The position numbers were made by a program, and so were the translations under genes. A stretch of DNA of 64,000 bases from an uncultured Alphaproteobacteria bacterium (lineage in GTDB: Bacteria; Pseudomonadota; Alphaproteobacteria; CACIAM-22H2). The notes beneath the pieces were generated by a model, which was given only the letters and a program-made list of their open reading frames with translations, was not told where the DNA came from and did not search any database. Where the stretch lies: contig CAVVJD010000014.1 in the NCBI GenBank assembly GCA_963748455.1, positions 445,993 to 509,992 of the forward strand, in the 5' to 3' direction. Numbering within the stretch: position 1 is the stretch's first letter; every line of letters starts with the position of its first letter. Shown in pieces: positions 1-9,044 of this stretch.

Positions 1-1087
1 AGCATAGTACTTCTCGATCATCTCCACGCTGGTGCGACAATTCTTTGCGATTTGATAGATGTCAGCCCCTTCCATCAGGCGCAGGCAAATATAGGTGTGG
101 CGTAAGCTGTATGCGGTACGCCGGTTGCCTTCGCGATCGATTTTGAGTTCCTGCTCATCAAGGATCGCGTTGAAGAGCTCGTGATGGCTCTTCGGAAAGA
201 TGAGGTCAGTTGGCTGCGGCTTGTTGCGTTCCTTCAGTCTCTGAAACGGCCGCACGGCGCCCATCGTGCTCTTGCAATATCCGACGCCGCGCTTGCCGCG
301 CACTTCAATTTCCAGAATTGTTTCGCGCGTGGCGTCGTCGCGGACGACGCTCACGTCGCGGTACTGAAGCCTTGCGGCCTCGTCAGGCCGCAGGCCGGTA
401 TTGGCCATAAACAGCACGTAGTCGTGCAACTGCTCGGATTGCCACATCCAGCGTTTCTTGAGCGGCTTGGCCGCCCTTCGGCGGGTCGCCACATAAAGCC
501 GCTTGTATTCTTCCGGCGAAAACCATGCACGGTGCGTAATTTTTCCGGAACGTCGGAAGGGTTCCGACAGATCAGGCAGATATGGAAGCCAACCGTGGCG
601 GTTGGCTGCTCTTAGGACTTGTCGGAGCGTGACGATCTCCTGGTGGATCGTCTGTCGCGCGGGTGGCTTGCCCCAGCGGGCAAGCGCCTTTTCGCGTCGG
701 TGAATACGATACTCCTGCACTAGGCCCGGCGTGATCTCCAAAACCGTCTTTTCACCGAAGAATGGCAGAAGGTGGTTGTCCAACCTGCGGCGGTGATCTT
801 GGACATAAACCGGGCTGCGATGCCCCTCCGTCATGACCTCGTATTCGCGCCAGAACGTCTCGGCAGCAAGGCGGAAGAGTTTTCCGTCTTTGATTTCACC
901 ACGCCGGTGTTTGCCCTTGAGTTCGAGATACCAATCCTCGGCAAATTCCTTGGCGAGCGCGAGGCTCTCTTCCTTCGTGCTGACACGACGATTCTTGCCC
1001 GAAAGAATAAGTGGAACACTGCCAATATCTGCTGTTCTCGCGGCGGTAGACGTGAAGCTTCCCGCCCATCAACTCATGGCTCTGCAT
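1..1087 (-). CDS. int: Tyrosine-type phage/island integrase, 3' end beyond window edge. The N-terminal ~20 codons are in a different frame, so there is an apparent frameshift near 1010.
   Basis: Reverse-strand translation reads continuously from about 1068 to 1: ...FMANTGLRPDEA...RTAYSLRHTYICLRLMEGADIYQIAKNCRTSVEMIEKYYA. This is the classic R..HxxR..Y catalytic C-terminus of tyrosine recombinases. An N-terminal YRRENSRYWQ motif in the adjacent frame (ORF 896..1087) implies a shift. No stop before position 1. Confidence 0.8.
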
Positions 1088-1117
1088 TTAACGTGGACCC
1101 CGCCGGCTCGCCGCTAA

Positions 1118-1236
1118 ACGAGCTGGTTTGTGTAAGTGTTGTGTAAGCGGATTCTAGGGGGTCCCGAGGCGCCAAAATCAAATACAAACTATTGATTTTA
1201 ATAAGAGAATTTTAACGAAAAATTATTTCCTTTTTC
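1118..1236. mobile_element. Element-end/att arm region: direct TGTGTAAG repeats (1121-1148) plus an AT-rich about 90-bp stretch between the integrase start and the tRNA fragment.
   Basis: Local GC drops sharply (aatcaaatacaaactattgattttaataagagaattttaacgaaaaattatttcc). Two copies of TTGTGTAAG sit 11 bp apart immediately upstream of int, a typical position for arm-type recombinase/IHF sites. Confidence 0.45.
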
Positions 1237-1276
1237 GACTTTAAGTCCAGTGCGTCTACCATTCCGCCACGCCCCC
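1237..1276 (-). pseudogene. tRNA-Leu(UAA) 5' fragment (acceptor, D-arm, anticodon loop CTTAAAG) truncated in the 3' anticodon stem. Putative attachment-site remnant of the integrated element.
   Basis: Minus strand reads GGGGGCG-TG-GCGG-AATGGTAGA-CGCA-C-TGGAC-TTAAAGT-C followed by AT-rich non-tRNA sequence. It aligns to bacterial tRNA-Leu 5' halves (GGTGGCGGAATTGGTAGACGC...). No T-arm (GTTCGAATC-like) or CCA-end follows. Confidence 0.6.
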
Positions 1277-1362
1277 GCCCTCGGCCTCACAGTGACGGCG
1301 AAGCTAGACGGCACGCCGCCAGCGCGCAACCTTTGTCGGCCCGGGCAACGGGCGCAAAAAAA

Positions 1363-1400
1363 CCCGGCCGGCGTCGGGACGCCAGCCGGGCTATGTCTCT
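1363..1400 (-). terminator. Rho-independent terminator (minus strand).
   Basis: Minus strand reads agcccggctggcgtcccgacgccggccggg followed by ttttttt: GC-rich hairpin plus T-run. Confidence 0.5.
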
Positions 1401-1649
1401 GCGGAGAGCGGGTCGCAGAGCGGGTCAATTCCCGTGCGGAACGCGGTCGAAATCGGGTCGTCTCAAAACACGCTGCTTTACAATTCCGGTCGGTGCGGGC
1501 CTATCAATGTCTGTTCTATGATCCCAGCATACCCCCGGATCCAGGCCGCCACTGTGACGTCGATCACCGACCGAACACTCTGATTCAGCGCGCTTTTTTG
1601 CGGCGGCTTGGCTAGGATGCGACGGTCCCGTCCTCGACCACTATGAGAC

Positions 1650-2486
1650 TTGCCCGTGGCCCGTACCGATCCCTACAACGCCACACGATACTGGCGCACC
1701 AAGCTGGTCCCCGGTCTGAGCTGCCTGCACGCCGATTTCACCCGCCACGACTACGCCCCGCACATGCACGATGCGATCGTCATCGCGGTGACGGAGGACG
1801 GTGGGGCAGAATTCAAGAGCCGCGGGCGCACCGACGAGGCCCGCAGCGAGCGTCTGCTGGTGTTCAACCCGGCCGAACCGCATTCGGGGCGCATGGCGCG
1901 CAGCCGGCGCTGGCTCTATCGCTCGCTCTATCTCGATGAAGCCGCTATCGCCGCGGTGACGAACGCGCTGGGCCACGACTCAGTCCCCTATTTCCTGTCC
2001 AACTGCTTTGCCGACCGCGACCTGATCGACCAATTCCTGGCGCTGCACCGCGCGCTGGAGATCGGCCAGGATCCGCTGTTGCAAAGCGAGCTGCTGGTCT
2101 CGACCTTCGGCCTGCTGTTCCAGCGTCACGCTAGTGCGGGTGCGAGAATTCCCCCCGCCCCGCGCAGCCGCGCGTTGACTCAGCGCGTGGTCGCCGAGAT
2201 GCGCGCGCGCCATAACGAAGGCCTGACGCTGGAAGAGCTGGGCCGTGGTGTCGGCCTGACGCCGTTCCAGCTCGTCGGGCTGTTCAAGCGGACGACCGGG
2301 CTCACCCCGCACGCCTATCTCACCCAGATCCGGCTGCAGACCGCGAAGGACGCGCTGACAACCGGCGCGCCGATTGCCGAGGTGGCGGTCGATGCCGGCT
2401 TCTACGACCAGGCGGCGCTGACAAACCACTTCAAGCGAGCCTACGGTATCACGCCATTTCAATATGTTAAGGCCCATTGCGGATAA
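1650..2486 (+). CDS. AraC-family transcriptional regulator.
   Basis: C-terminal HTH_18 signature (LTLEELGRGVGLTPFQLVGLFKRTTGLTPHAYLTQIRLQTAKDAL...). N-terminal AraC-type ligand-binding region. Confidence 0.85.
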   Translation: MPVARTDPYNATRYWRTKLVPGLSCLHADFTRHDYAPHMHDAIVIAVTEDGGAEFKSRGRTDEARSERLLVFNPAEPHSGRMARSRRWLYRSLYLDEAAIAAVTNALGHDSVPYFLSNCFADRDLIDQFLALHRALEIGQDPLLQSELLVSTFGLLFQRHASAGARIPPAPRSRALTQRVVAEMRARHNEGLTLEELGRGVGLTPFQLVGLFKRTTGLTPHAYLTQIRLQTAKDALTTGAPIAEVAVDAGFYDQAALTNHFKRAYGITPFQYVKAHCG

Positions 2487-2567
2487 GACGGATCGGCCCG
2501 CAATTTTGACCAATAAGCGACGGTGCCGTGGCGGCGACACTCGGCCCCCATTCCCTCGAGGCCGCAT

Positions 2568-3284
2568 ATGTCGCGCTATTACTGCAATGAGCATCCGGAA
2601 ATCCTGACGCTGACGAGCGAGGTCGTCGAAGCCCGCCCGGGCGCCGTGCGGCTGGCCCAGCACCCGTTCTATCCCGGCGGCGGCGGACAGTTGCCCGATC
2701 GCGGCGTGCTGCGCTGGTCGGGTGGTGAAACGGCACTCACGGGAGTCGAGGTTTTTGCGGGCAAGCAATGGCTGCTGCTGGCCGACCCGATCGAGATCAG
2801 CGGCACGGTCGAGTCCGTGGTCAACGCCGAATTCCGCCGCATGATGCGCGAGCTGCACACAGATCTGCATATCGTGAACGCGCTGGTCTTTCAGGCGTTC
2901 GACGGGGCGCTCGTCACCAGCGCGCAGATGAACGATGACGGCACGGCGCGCGTCGATTTCGATCTGCCCGATGCCGATAACGACCGGCTGCGCGCCCTCG
3001 AGCCCGCGATCAACGACGTGATCCGCCAGGACTTGGCGGTGCGCGACAGCTATATGGCGATGGACGACGCGGTCGAGGAAAAGGGCCTGCTGCGCTCGCG
3101 CTCGGTGGCACCGCCGCCCACCGCCGACGGACAGGTGCGGATCGTCGAGATCGTCGGTCTCGACCGCCAGGCTTGCGGCGGCACGCATGTCGCCTCGACC
3201 GGCCAGTCGCGGCCGGTACGCATCCTCAAAATCGACAACAAGGGCCGGCACAATCGCCGGGTCAAGATCGGGCTCGTCGGCTGA
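2568..3284 (+). CDS. AlaX-like alanyl-tRNA editing domain protein (Ser/Gly-tRNA(Ala) hydrolase family).
   Basis: Zinc-binding editing motifs HTDLHIVN and QACGGTHV are present. The length, about 240 aa, fits AlaX-M. Confidence 0.7.
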   Translation: MSRYYCNEHPEILTLTSEVVEARPGAVRLAQHPFYPGGGGQLPDRGVLRWSGGETALTGVEVFAGKQWLLLADPIEISGTVESVVNAEFRRMMRELHTDLHIVNALVFQAFDGALVTSAQMNDDGTARVDFDLPDADNDRLRALEPAINDVIRQDLAVRDSYMAMDDAVEEKGLLRSRSVAPPPTADGQVRIVEIVGLDRQACGGTHVASTGQSRPVRILKIDNKGRHNRRVKIGLVG

Positions 3285-3289
3285 CGTCC

Positions 3290-4192
3290 TTGCGCCGCAT
3301 TTGGGAGCGGCCGCTGCTGCTGCTGTGGCTGCCCCCGCTGTTCTGGGCGGGCAATCTGGTGTTGGGCCGCGCGCTGAGCACGTCGTTCCCGCCTGTCTCG
3401 CTGGCGGTCGGGCGCTGGCTGGTGGCGCTGATCGCCCTCCTGCCCTTCGTGATCGGTGATGTGCGGCGGCAATGGCCGCAGCTTCGCGCGTCGTGGCGCC
3501 TGATCCTCGCCTGCGGCGCGTTCGGGATTGCGGGCTATAACGCGCTCGCCTACGTGGCGCTGCAGACCACGCCGGCCGCCAGCGTCGCGTTTTTGAATTC
3601 GACCCTGCCGCTGATGGTGCCGGTGGCAGCGGCCTTGCTGGGCGTCGAGCGCATCGCGGCACGCACGATCGCCGGCATCGTCATTTCCTTCGCCGGCGTT
3701 ACCTGGATCGTCGCGCGCGGCGATCTGGGTTCGCTCGCGGGTCTGTCGCTGGCCGGCGGCGAGATGCTGGTGATCGTCGCGGTCGCCAATTACGCGCTCT
3801 ACTCCGTCCTGCTCCGGCGCAAACCCGGCGCCATCGAGCCGCTGGTGTTCCTGGCGGCAACGATGGCGAGCGGGCTCGCCGTGCTGGCTCCGTTCTGCGC
3901 TTATGAGCTTGCGCGCGGCGCGCATATTCCAACCGATGCCGCATCGATCGGAGCGGTTCTCTATATCGGCCTGTTCGCGTCGCTCTTCGCGTTCATCCTA
4001 TGGAACCGCTGCGTGGCGACACTGGGCGCCAGCGTTACCGGCGTCTCATTCCACCTGGTCGCGGTCTTCACGGCACTCCTCGCCTTCGCCGTGCTGGGCG
4101 AAACGGTGCACGCCTTTCACTTGGTCGGGATCGCCTTCATCCTGACGGGATTCTTCATCGCCACAACGCGAAAGCGCACCGCTCCCGCGTGA
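3290..4192 (+). CDS. DMT-superfamily (EamA-like) transporter.
   Basis: Ten predicted TM helices with duplicated EamA-like halves. TTG start at 3290 in frame just after the alaX-like stop. Confidence 0.75.
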   Translation: MRRIWERPLLLLWLPPLFWAGNLVLGRALSTSFPPVSLAVGRWLVALIALLPFVIGDVRRQWPQLRASWRLILACGAFGIAGYNALAYVALQTTPAASVAFLNSTLPLMVPVAAALLGVERIAARTIAGIVISFAGVTWIVARGDLGSLAGLSLAGGEMLVIVAVANYALYSVLLRRKPGAIEPLVFLAATMASGLAVLAPFCAYELARGAHIPTDAASIGAVLYIGLFASLFAFILWNRCVATLGASVTGVSFHLVAVFTALLAFAVLGETVHAFHLVGIAFILTGFFIATTRKRTAPA

Positions 4193-4396
4193 TAAACCTC
4201 GACGCCCGCGGAGCTCTGCCACGCGAGCCCGGCTTCCGCAGCGCTGCGAGATGATGCTAAGTGCCATGGACGGATTCATGCAGTGCATGCAACGCCCAGC
4301 CACAAAAAATCTTGTCGTGTCCATCTTTGGATGTTTCTGCAAGACTTCCCTGGCGTTAAAGAGATCATCGAGGCTGAACTCATTTTGGACAGAAAA

Positions 4397-5473
4397 ATGA
4401 GCCGTTTCTGGAGTCGCCTGACGCACGACCTGAGGCCCTATGTGCCGGGCGAACAGCCCCGCATGGCGGAGCTGGTCAAGCTCAACACCAATGAAAGTCC
4501 ACTTGGTCCTTCCCCACGCGTGTTGGACGCGATCCGCGGCGAGGCGTCCGATACGCTGCGTCTCTATCCGGACCCACAGGCCACCGCGCTGCGGGATGCT
4601 TTGGCCACCTACCACCACGTGCGACCCGAACAGGTGTTCGTCGGCAACGGCTCGGACGAGGTGCTGGCCCACGTCTTCGCCGCTCTGCTGAAGCATGATG
4701 CGCCATTGCTCTTCCCGGACATCACTTACAGTTTCTACCCGGTCTATTGCCGCCTGTTCGGAATCGCCTACGAGACGGTGCCGCTCGATCAGGTCATGCA
4801 GATCCGCGTTGCCGACTATCGCCGGCCGGCCGGCGCACTCATCCTACCCAATCCGAATGCGCCAACAGGGGTTGCGCTGTCACGGAGCGAGATCGTCACC
4901 CTGCTGGAGAACCATCCTGACGCTCCCGTGGTGATCGACGAGGCTTATGTTGATTTCGGCGCCGAGACCGCGATTGCGCTCGTCGCCGCCCACCCGAACC
5001 TTTTGGTCGTTCAAACAATGTCCAAGTCCCGGGCCTTGGCCGGGCTGCGGGTTGGCTATGCAATCGGCGACGCGGACCTGATCGAAGCGCTTACCCGGGT
5101 GAAAGACAGCTTCAACTCCTATCCGCTTGGCCGGCCCGCCCAGGCTGGCGCCATCGCCTCCCTGAAGGACGAAGCCTATTTTCAACAGAGCCGCGTTCGC
5201 GTGATCGAAGGCCGAGAGCGGCTAAACCGCGGACTGGTCCGGCTTGGCTTCGAAGTGCTGCCGTCCGCCGCCAACTTCGTCTTCGCGCGTCATCCGGCGC
5301 AGGAGGGCGCGGCGCTGGCCGCCGCGCTGCGCCAAAGGGCGGTGATCGTCCGCCATTTTCCCGCGCCTCGCATCTCCGACTATCTGCGGATAACCGTGGG
5401 CACAGACGAGCAAATCGATCGGCTATTGTCGGCCCTCTCGGACATCTTGGGCGGCGAGCCTGCAGCTGCCTGA
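4397..5473 (+). CDS. hisC: Histidinol-phosphate aminotransferase.
   Basis: Class II aminotransferase. PLP-lysine context [19 protein letters not shown] and N-terminal [15 protein letters not shown] are typical of HisC. Confidence 0.9.
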   Translation: MSRFWSRLTHDLRPYVPGEQPRMAELVKLNTNESPLGPSPRVLDAIRGEASDTLRLYPDPQATALRDALATYHHVRPEQVFVGNGSDEVLAHVFAALLKHDAPLLFPDITYSFYPVYCRLFGIAYETVPLDQVMQIRVADYRRPAGALILPNPNAPTGVALSRSEIVTLLENHPDAPVVIDEAYVDFGAETAIALVAAHPNLLVVQTMSKSRALAGLRVGYAIGDADLIEALTRVKDSFNSYPLGRPAQAGAIASLKDEAYFQQSRVRVIEGRERLNRGLVRLGFEVLPSAANFVFARHPAQEGAALAAALRQRAVIVRHFPAPRISDYLRITVGTDEQIDRLLSALSDILGGEPAAA

Positions 5474-5496
5474 TTGCGCCGCGCTTTGCTTTAGGA

Positions 5497-6255
5497 TCAA
5501 GGTGCGGGCTCTTCGGTCGGCTTGCCGCCGAAGGAGATCATCAGGGTCTTCAACTCGTCCGCGGCACTCGCCAGCGTCGCGCGCGTGTGGCCGCGCATGA
5601 CGATCGAGGTGCCGACCTGGCCCATGCGGAAATACGGGTACGAGCCGATCTCAAGATCGTTGTATTTGCTTTGCAGCGCGGTCAGGCCCTCGGCGAGCTT
5701 GCCTTCGGGTACTTCGGAGGTGACGGTCCAGGACAGCATCGGCTTGCCGCCCTTGAGGCGGTGCGCGATCCCCTCGAACATGGCGTTCATGATGCGTGGC
5801 ACGCCCGCCATCACGAAGACATTGCCGATCTGGAAGCCCGGCGCCTTGCTGACCGGGTTGTCGATCAGGATGCCGCCCTCGGGCACATTGGCCATGCGCA
5901 GCCGCGCCTCGTTGAGGTCGGCCGGATTGAGGTAGTGGCTCTGCAGGCGCGCGACCGCCTCCGGGTGGCGCAACAGGGGCACGCCGAAGGCCTTGGCGAT
6001 GCATTCGGCGGTGATGTCGTCATGGGTGGGCCCGATGCCGCCGGTGGTGAAGACGTAGTCGAATTTGGCGCGGACCTCGTTGATCGTGGCAATGATCGTC
6101 GCCTCGATGTCGGGAATCACGCGGCCCTCCATCATGCGCACGCCGATGGCATTCAGCTTCTCGGCCAGCCAGGGCAGATTGGCGTCCTTGGTGCGGCCGG
6201 ACAGGATCTCGTTGCCGATGATGATGATACAGGCGGTGACAGGCTTGTCGGTCAT
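5497..6255 (-). CDS. CinA-like / molybdopterin-binding (MoCF-biosynthesis domain) protein.
   Basis: CIIIIGNEILSGRTKDANLPWLAEKL...TTGGIGPTHDDIT is the canonical CinA N-terminal/MoaB-MogA fold signature. Confidence 0.85.
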   Translation of the reverse strand: MTDKPVTACIIIIGNEILSGRTKDANLPWLAEKLNAIGVRMMEGRVIPDIEATIIATINEVRAKFDYVFTTGGIGPTHDDITAECIAKAFGVPLLRHPEAVARLQSHYLNPADLNEARLRMANVPEGGILIDNPVSKAPGFQIGNVFVMAGVPRIMNAMFEGIAHRLKGGKPMLSWTVTSEVPEGKLAEGLTALQSKYNDLEIGSYPYFRMGQVGTSIVMRGHTRATLASAADELKTLMISFGGKPTEEPAP

Positions 6256-6359
6256 GGGGTTCTCGTGCAACCGGGCGGCGGGGCGCTCACCATATCCTGG
6301 TATGCGCCGCGTTCAAGCCGGGCTTTCGCTGGCGGGCCGCATCGGCGACAATCGCGGCC

Positions 6360-7109
6360 ATGAATCGGCCCTCCGCCACACCGCCGCGCAGCTTCACGGC
6401 AGCCGACGTCGCCAAGACCGTGCACCATGCGGCCACGCAGGTGTTGCGTCAGGGGCGTGCGCCGGCGCAGCTCGCCGAGGCGGTGGCGGCGGCCAAGGCG
6501 ACGGCCGAGCGGTTCTGGGGACTGGTCCAGAAATCGGTCGAGCGCGACGGCGCCATCGCGTGTCGCAGCGGCTGCGCCTGGTGCTGTTACCAGGGCGTGG
6601 CCGTCATCCCGATCGAGGCGGTGGCGATCGCGCGACATGTCGAGGCCCGGTTCAGTGCCGCCGAGCGTGGCGCCCTCGACGAGCGCCTGGCGCGCACCCA
6701 GGCGCAGACGGCGGGGCTCAGCGTGCATGAGCGCGCGCGGCTGATGCTGGCCTGCCCGTTCCTGGTCGAGGGACGGTGCAGCATCTACGAGGTGCGGCCG
6801 TTTCGCTGTCGCGGTATTCATTCGCGCGACGCCGATTACTGCAAATGGAAGCTGGAGAATATCGACGAGGCGGTCGCGGACCCCCGCCGCGGCACTCCGG
6901 CCGACCCGCTTTTGCAAGCCCCCGTGCAGATCATGGACGCGGGCCTGGCGGGGCTGGGCGTGGCCGCCCAGGAGGCTGGCCTCGGCGGTGTCGGGCTGGA
7001 GCTGACGGGGGCCATCCAGATCGCACTCGCCACGCCCGATCGGGATCAACGATTTGCCGCCGGCGACGATCTGTTTGCCGCCGCAGCACTACCTGCGAGC
7101 GAATCTTAA
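6360..7109 (+). CDS. YkgJ-family cysteine-cluster (putative Fe-S/zinc) protein.
   Basis: CRSGCAWCCYQG ... ACPFLVEGRCSIYEVRPFRCRG matches the CxxCxxCC...C...C pattern of UPF0153/YkgJ proteins. Confidence 0.6.
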   Translation: MNRPSATPPRSFTAADVAKTVHHAATQVLRQGRAPAQLAEAVAAAKATAERFWGLVQKSVERDGAIACRSGCAWCCYQGVAVIPIEAVAIARHVEARFSAAERGALDERLARTQAQTAGLSVHERARLMLACPFLVEGRCSIYEVRPFRCRGIHSRDADYCKWKLENIDEAVADPRRGTPADPLLQAPVQIMDAGLAGLGVAAQEAGLGGVGLELTGAIQIALATPDRDQRFAAGDDLFAAAALPASES

Positions 7110-7150
7110 ACACTCTGGTAAGAGGTGGCGTGAGAGCCTAAATTTAGACC

Positions 7151-7978
7151 ATGAACGACATGCTCGCCGACCCCTGGGCGGACTCCAACAGCCGCTCCGT
7201 CAAGCTGCACAAAGCCGATGCCTTCGCCGCCATGCGCCGGGCCGGACGGCTCGCGGCCGAAGTGCTCGATTTCATCACGCCGCACGTCAAGCCGGGCGTG
7301 ACGACGGTCGAGCTCGACCGCCTGTGCCATGACTACATCATCGACCGCAAAGCCGTGCCCGCACCGCTGGGCTATCGCGGCTTTCCCAAGTCGATCTGCA
7401 CCTCCGTCAATCACGTCGTCTGTCATGGCATCCCCGGCGACAAGAAACTGGTCGACGGCGACATCATCAATATCGACGTCACCGTCATCCTCGACGGCTG
7501 GCATGGCGACACCAGCCGCATGTATTTCGTGGGCGATGTCGGCGTGCGCGCACGCAAGCTGGTCGACATCACCTACGAGGCGATGATGCGTGGCATCGAG
7601 GTGGTGAAGCCCGGCGCCACGCTGGGCGATATCGGCTACGCCATCCAGAGCTTCGTCGAGGCCAATCGCTTTTCCGTGGTGCGCGATTTCTGCGGCCATG
7701 GCCTGGGCCGCATTTTCCACGATGCGCCTTCGGTGCTCCATTACGGCGATCCGGGCACGGGCATGGCGCTGCGCGAGGGCATGTTCTTCACGGTGGAGCC
7801 GATGGTGAATGCCGGACGCTTTGAAGTGAAGGTGCTCTCCGACGGCTGGACAGCGGTGACCAAGGACCGCTCGCTGTCCGCGCAGTTCGAGCACTCGGTG
7901 GGCGTAACTGCCGATGGCGTCGAGATTTTCACACTGTCGCCGACGGGGTTGCATCGGCCGCCCTATAAGCCGACGTGA
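7151..7978 (+). CDS. map: Methionine aminopeptidase type I.
   Basis: Full-length MetAP-I: metal ligand context DGDIINIDVTV..GWHGD, FCGHGLG, FTVEPM. Confidence 0.95.
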   Translation: MNDMLADPWADSNSRSVKLHKADAFAAMRRAGRLAAEVLDFITPHVKPGVTTVELDRLCHDYIIDRKAVPAPLGYRGFPKSICTSVNHVVCHGIPGDKKLVDGDIINIDVTVILDGWHGDTSRMYFVGDVGVRARKLVDITYEAMMRGIEVVKPGATLGDIGYAIQSFVEANRFSVVRDFCGHGLGRIFHDAPSVLHYGDPGTGMALREGMFFTVEPMVNAGRFEVKVLSDGWTAVTKDRSLSAQFEHSVGVTADGVEIFTLSPTGLHRPPYKPT

Positions 7979-8075
7979 CAGCCAACGCCTCGCGCTGACC
8001 ACTGCCGTCCGGCGGGCTTTGCAAATTTTGAGAAACGTCTAGACTACACGGCCTCACGCGGACCGGAGGCCGACG

Positions 8076-8963
8076 ATGGACGCGAGCGACCTAAGAGTGT
8101 TCGAGGCGGTGGCGCGACTGGGCGGCATGAACCGCGCGGCCGCTGAACTTCACACCGTGCAGTCGAATGTCACGGCGCGGGTGCGCCAACTCGAGGACAA
8201 GCTCGGTGCGCCGCTGTTCGAGCGACACAGCCGCGGCGTCGCCCTCACCGAAGCGGGCCGTCGCCTCCTTCCCTACGCACAACAGATCCAGCTCCTCCTC
8301 GACGACGCGCGCCGCGCCGTCGCCGACAATGGTACGCCGAGCGGCAAGCTCACCATCGGGTCGCTCGAGACGACGGCCGCGATGCGGCTCTCGCCGCTGC
8401 TCTCGCAATACATCGCGATCTATCCGCAGGTCGATCTGGTGCTGCGCACCGGAACGACGTGCGAGCTGATCGACCACGTGCTCGACAATCGCGTCGAGGG
8501 CGCGTTCGTGTGCGGGCCGGTCGACCATCCGGAGCTCGACAGCGAAATCATGTTCCGCGAAGAACTCGTGCTGTCGACCGCGCCGAATTCGGGCGGGCTC
8601 GACGCGCAGGTGGCGGCGGGCGAGATCAAGCTCGTGGTGCTGCGCGCCGGCTGCTCCTACCGCCAGCGGCTGGAGGCTATCCTTGCCGCGCGCGGGGCCC
8701 TGACGACGCGTGTCCAGGAATTCGGCACGCTCGATGCAATCATTGGGTGCGTCGCCGCGGGGCTGGGCGTGACCCTCCTGCCGCGCAGCGTGGTCAGCGC
8801 GCCGTGGCGCGACGGGCGCATTGCCATCCACGATCTGCCCGACGGCGGCGGCAAGGTCGAGACGCTGTTCATCCGCCGGCGCGACCGGTTCGCCTCCAGC
8901 GCGCTCGCGGCGTTCCTCGCCCATGTGCGGCCCACCCCAATGCGGGCGGCGGCCGCTGAATAG
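8076..8963 (+). CDS. LysR-family transcriptional regulator.
   Basis: N-terminal HTH (LRVFEAVARLGGMNRAAAELHTVQSNVTARVRQLEDKLGAPLFER) and LysR substrate-binding domain. Confidence 0.9.
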   Translation: MDASDLRVFEAVARLGGMNRAAAELHTVQSNVTARVRQLEDKLGAPLFERHSRGVALTEAGRRLLPYAQQIQLLLDDARRAVADNGTPSGKLTIGSLETTAAMRLSPLLSQYIAIYPQVDLVLRTGTTCELIDHVLDNRVEGAFVCGPVDHPELDSEIMFREELVLSTAPNSGGLDAQVAAGEIKLVVLRAGCSYRQRLEAILAARGALTTRVQEFGTLDAIIGCVAAGLGVTLLPRSVVSAPWRDGRIAIHDLPDGGGKVETLFIRRRDRFASSALAAFLAHVRPTPMRAAAAE

Positions 8964-9044
8964 ACCAAGCTATCTGCTTTGCAGATAGGCCATATCAAGT
9001 AAAAGCGTTATTCGGCGCTTCGGCCACGCTCTAGTCTCGCGGGA

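Noticed and set aside
1140-1236. Possibility that the AT-rich stretch interrupting the tRNA-Leu(UAA) is a group I intron, as in cyanobacterial/plastid tRNA-Leu(UAA).
   Set aside because: The interruption is after position about 40, in the 3' anticodon stem, not between anticodon positions 34/35. It is under 100 nt with no P/Q/R/S elements. No tRNA 3' half (T-arm, CCA-end) follows.
1980-3662. 560-aa minus-strand ORF overlapping the AraC, AlaX and DMT genes.
   Set aside because: A typical high-GC antisense shadow ORF (Arg/Ala/Pro/Gly-rich, no domain signatures). The plus-strand genes have clear family motifs.
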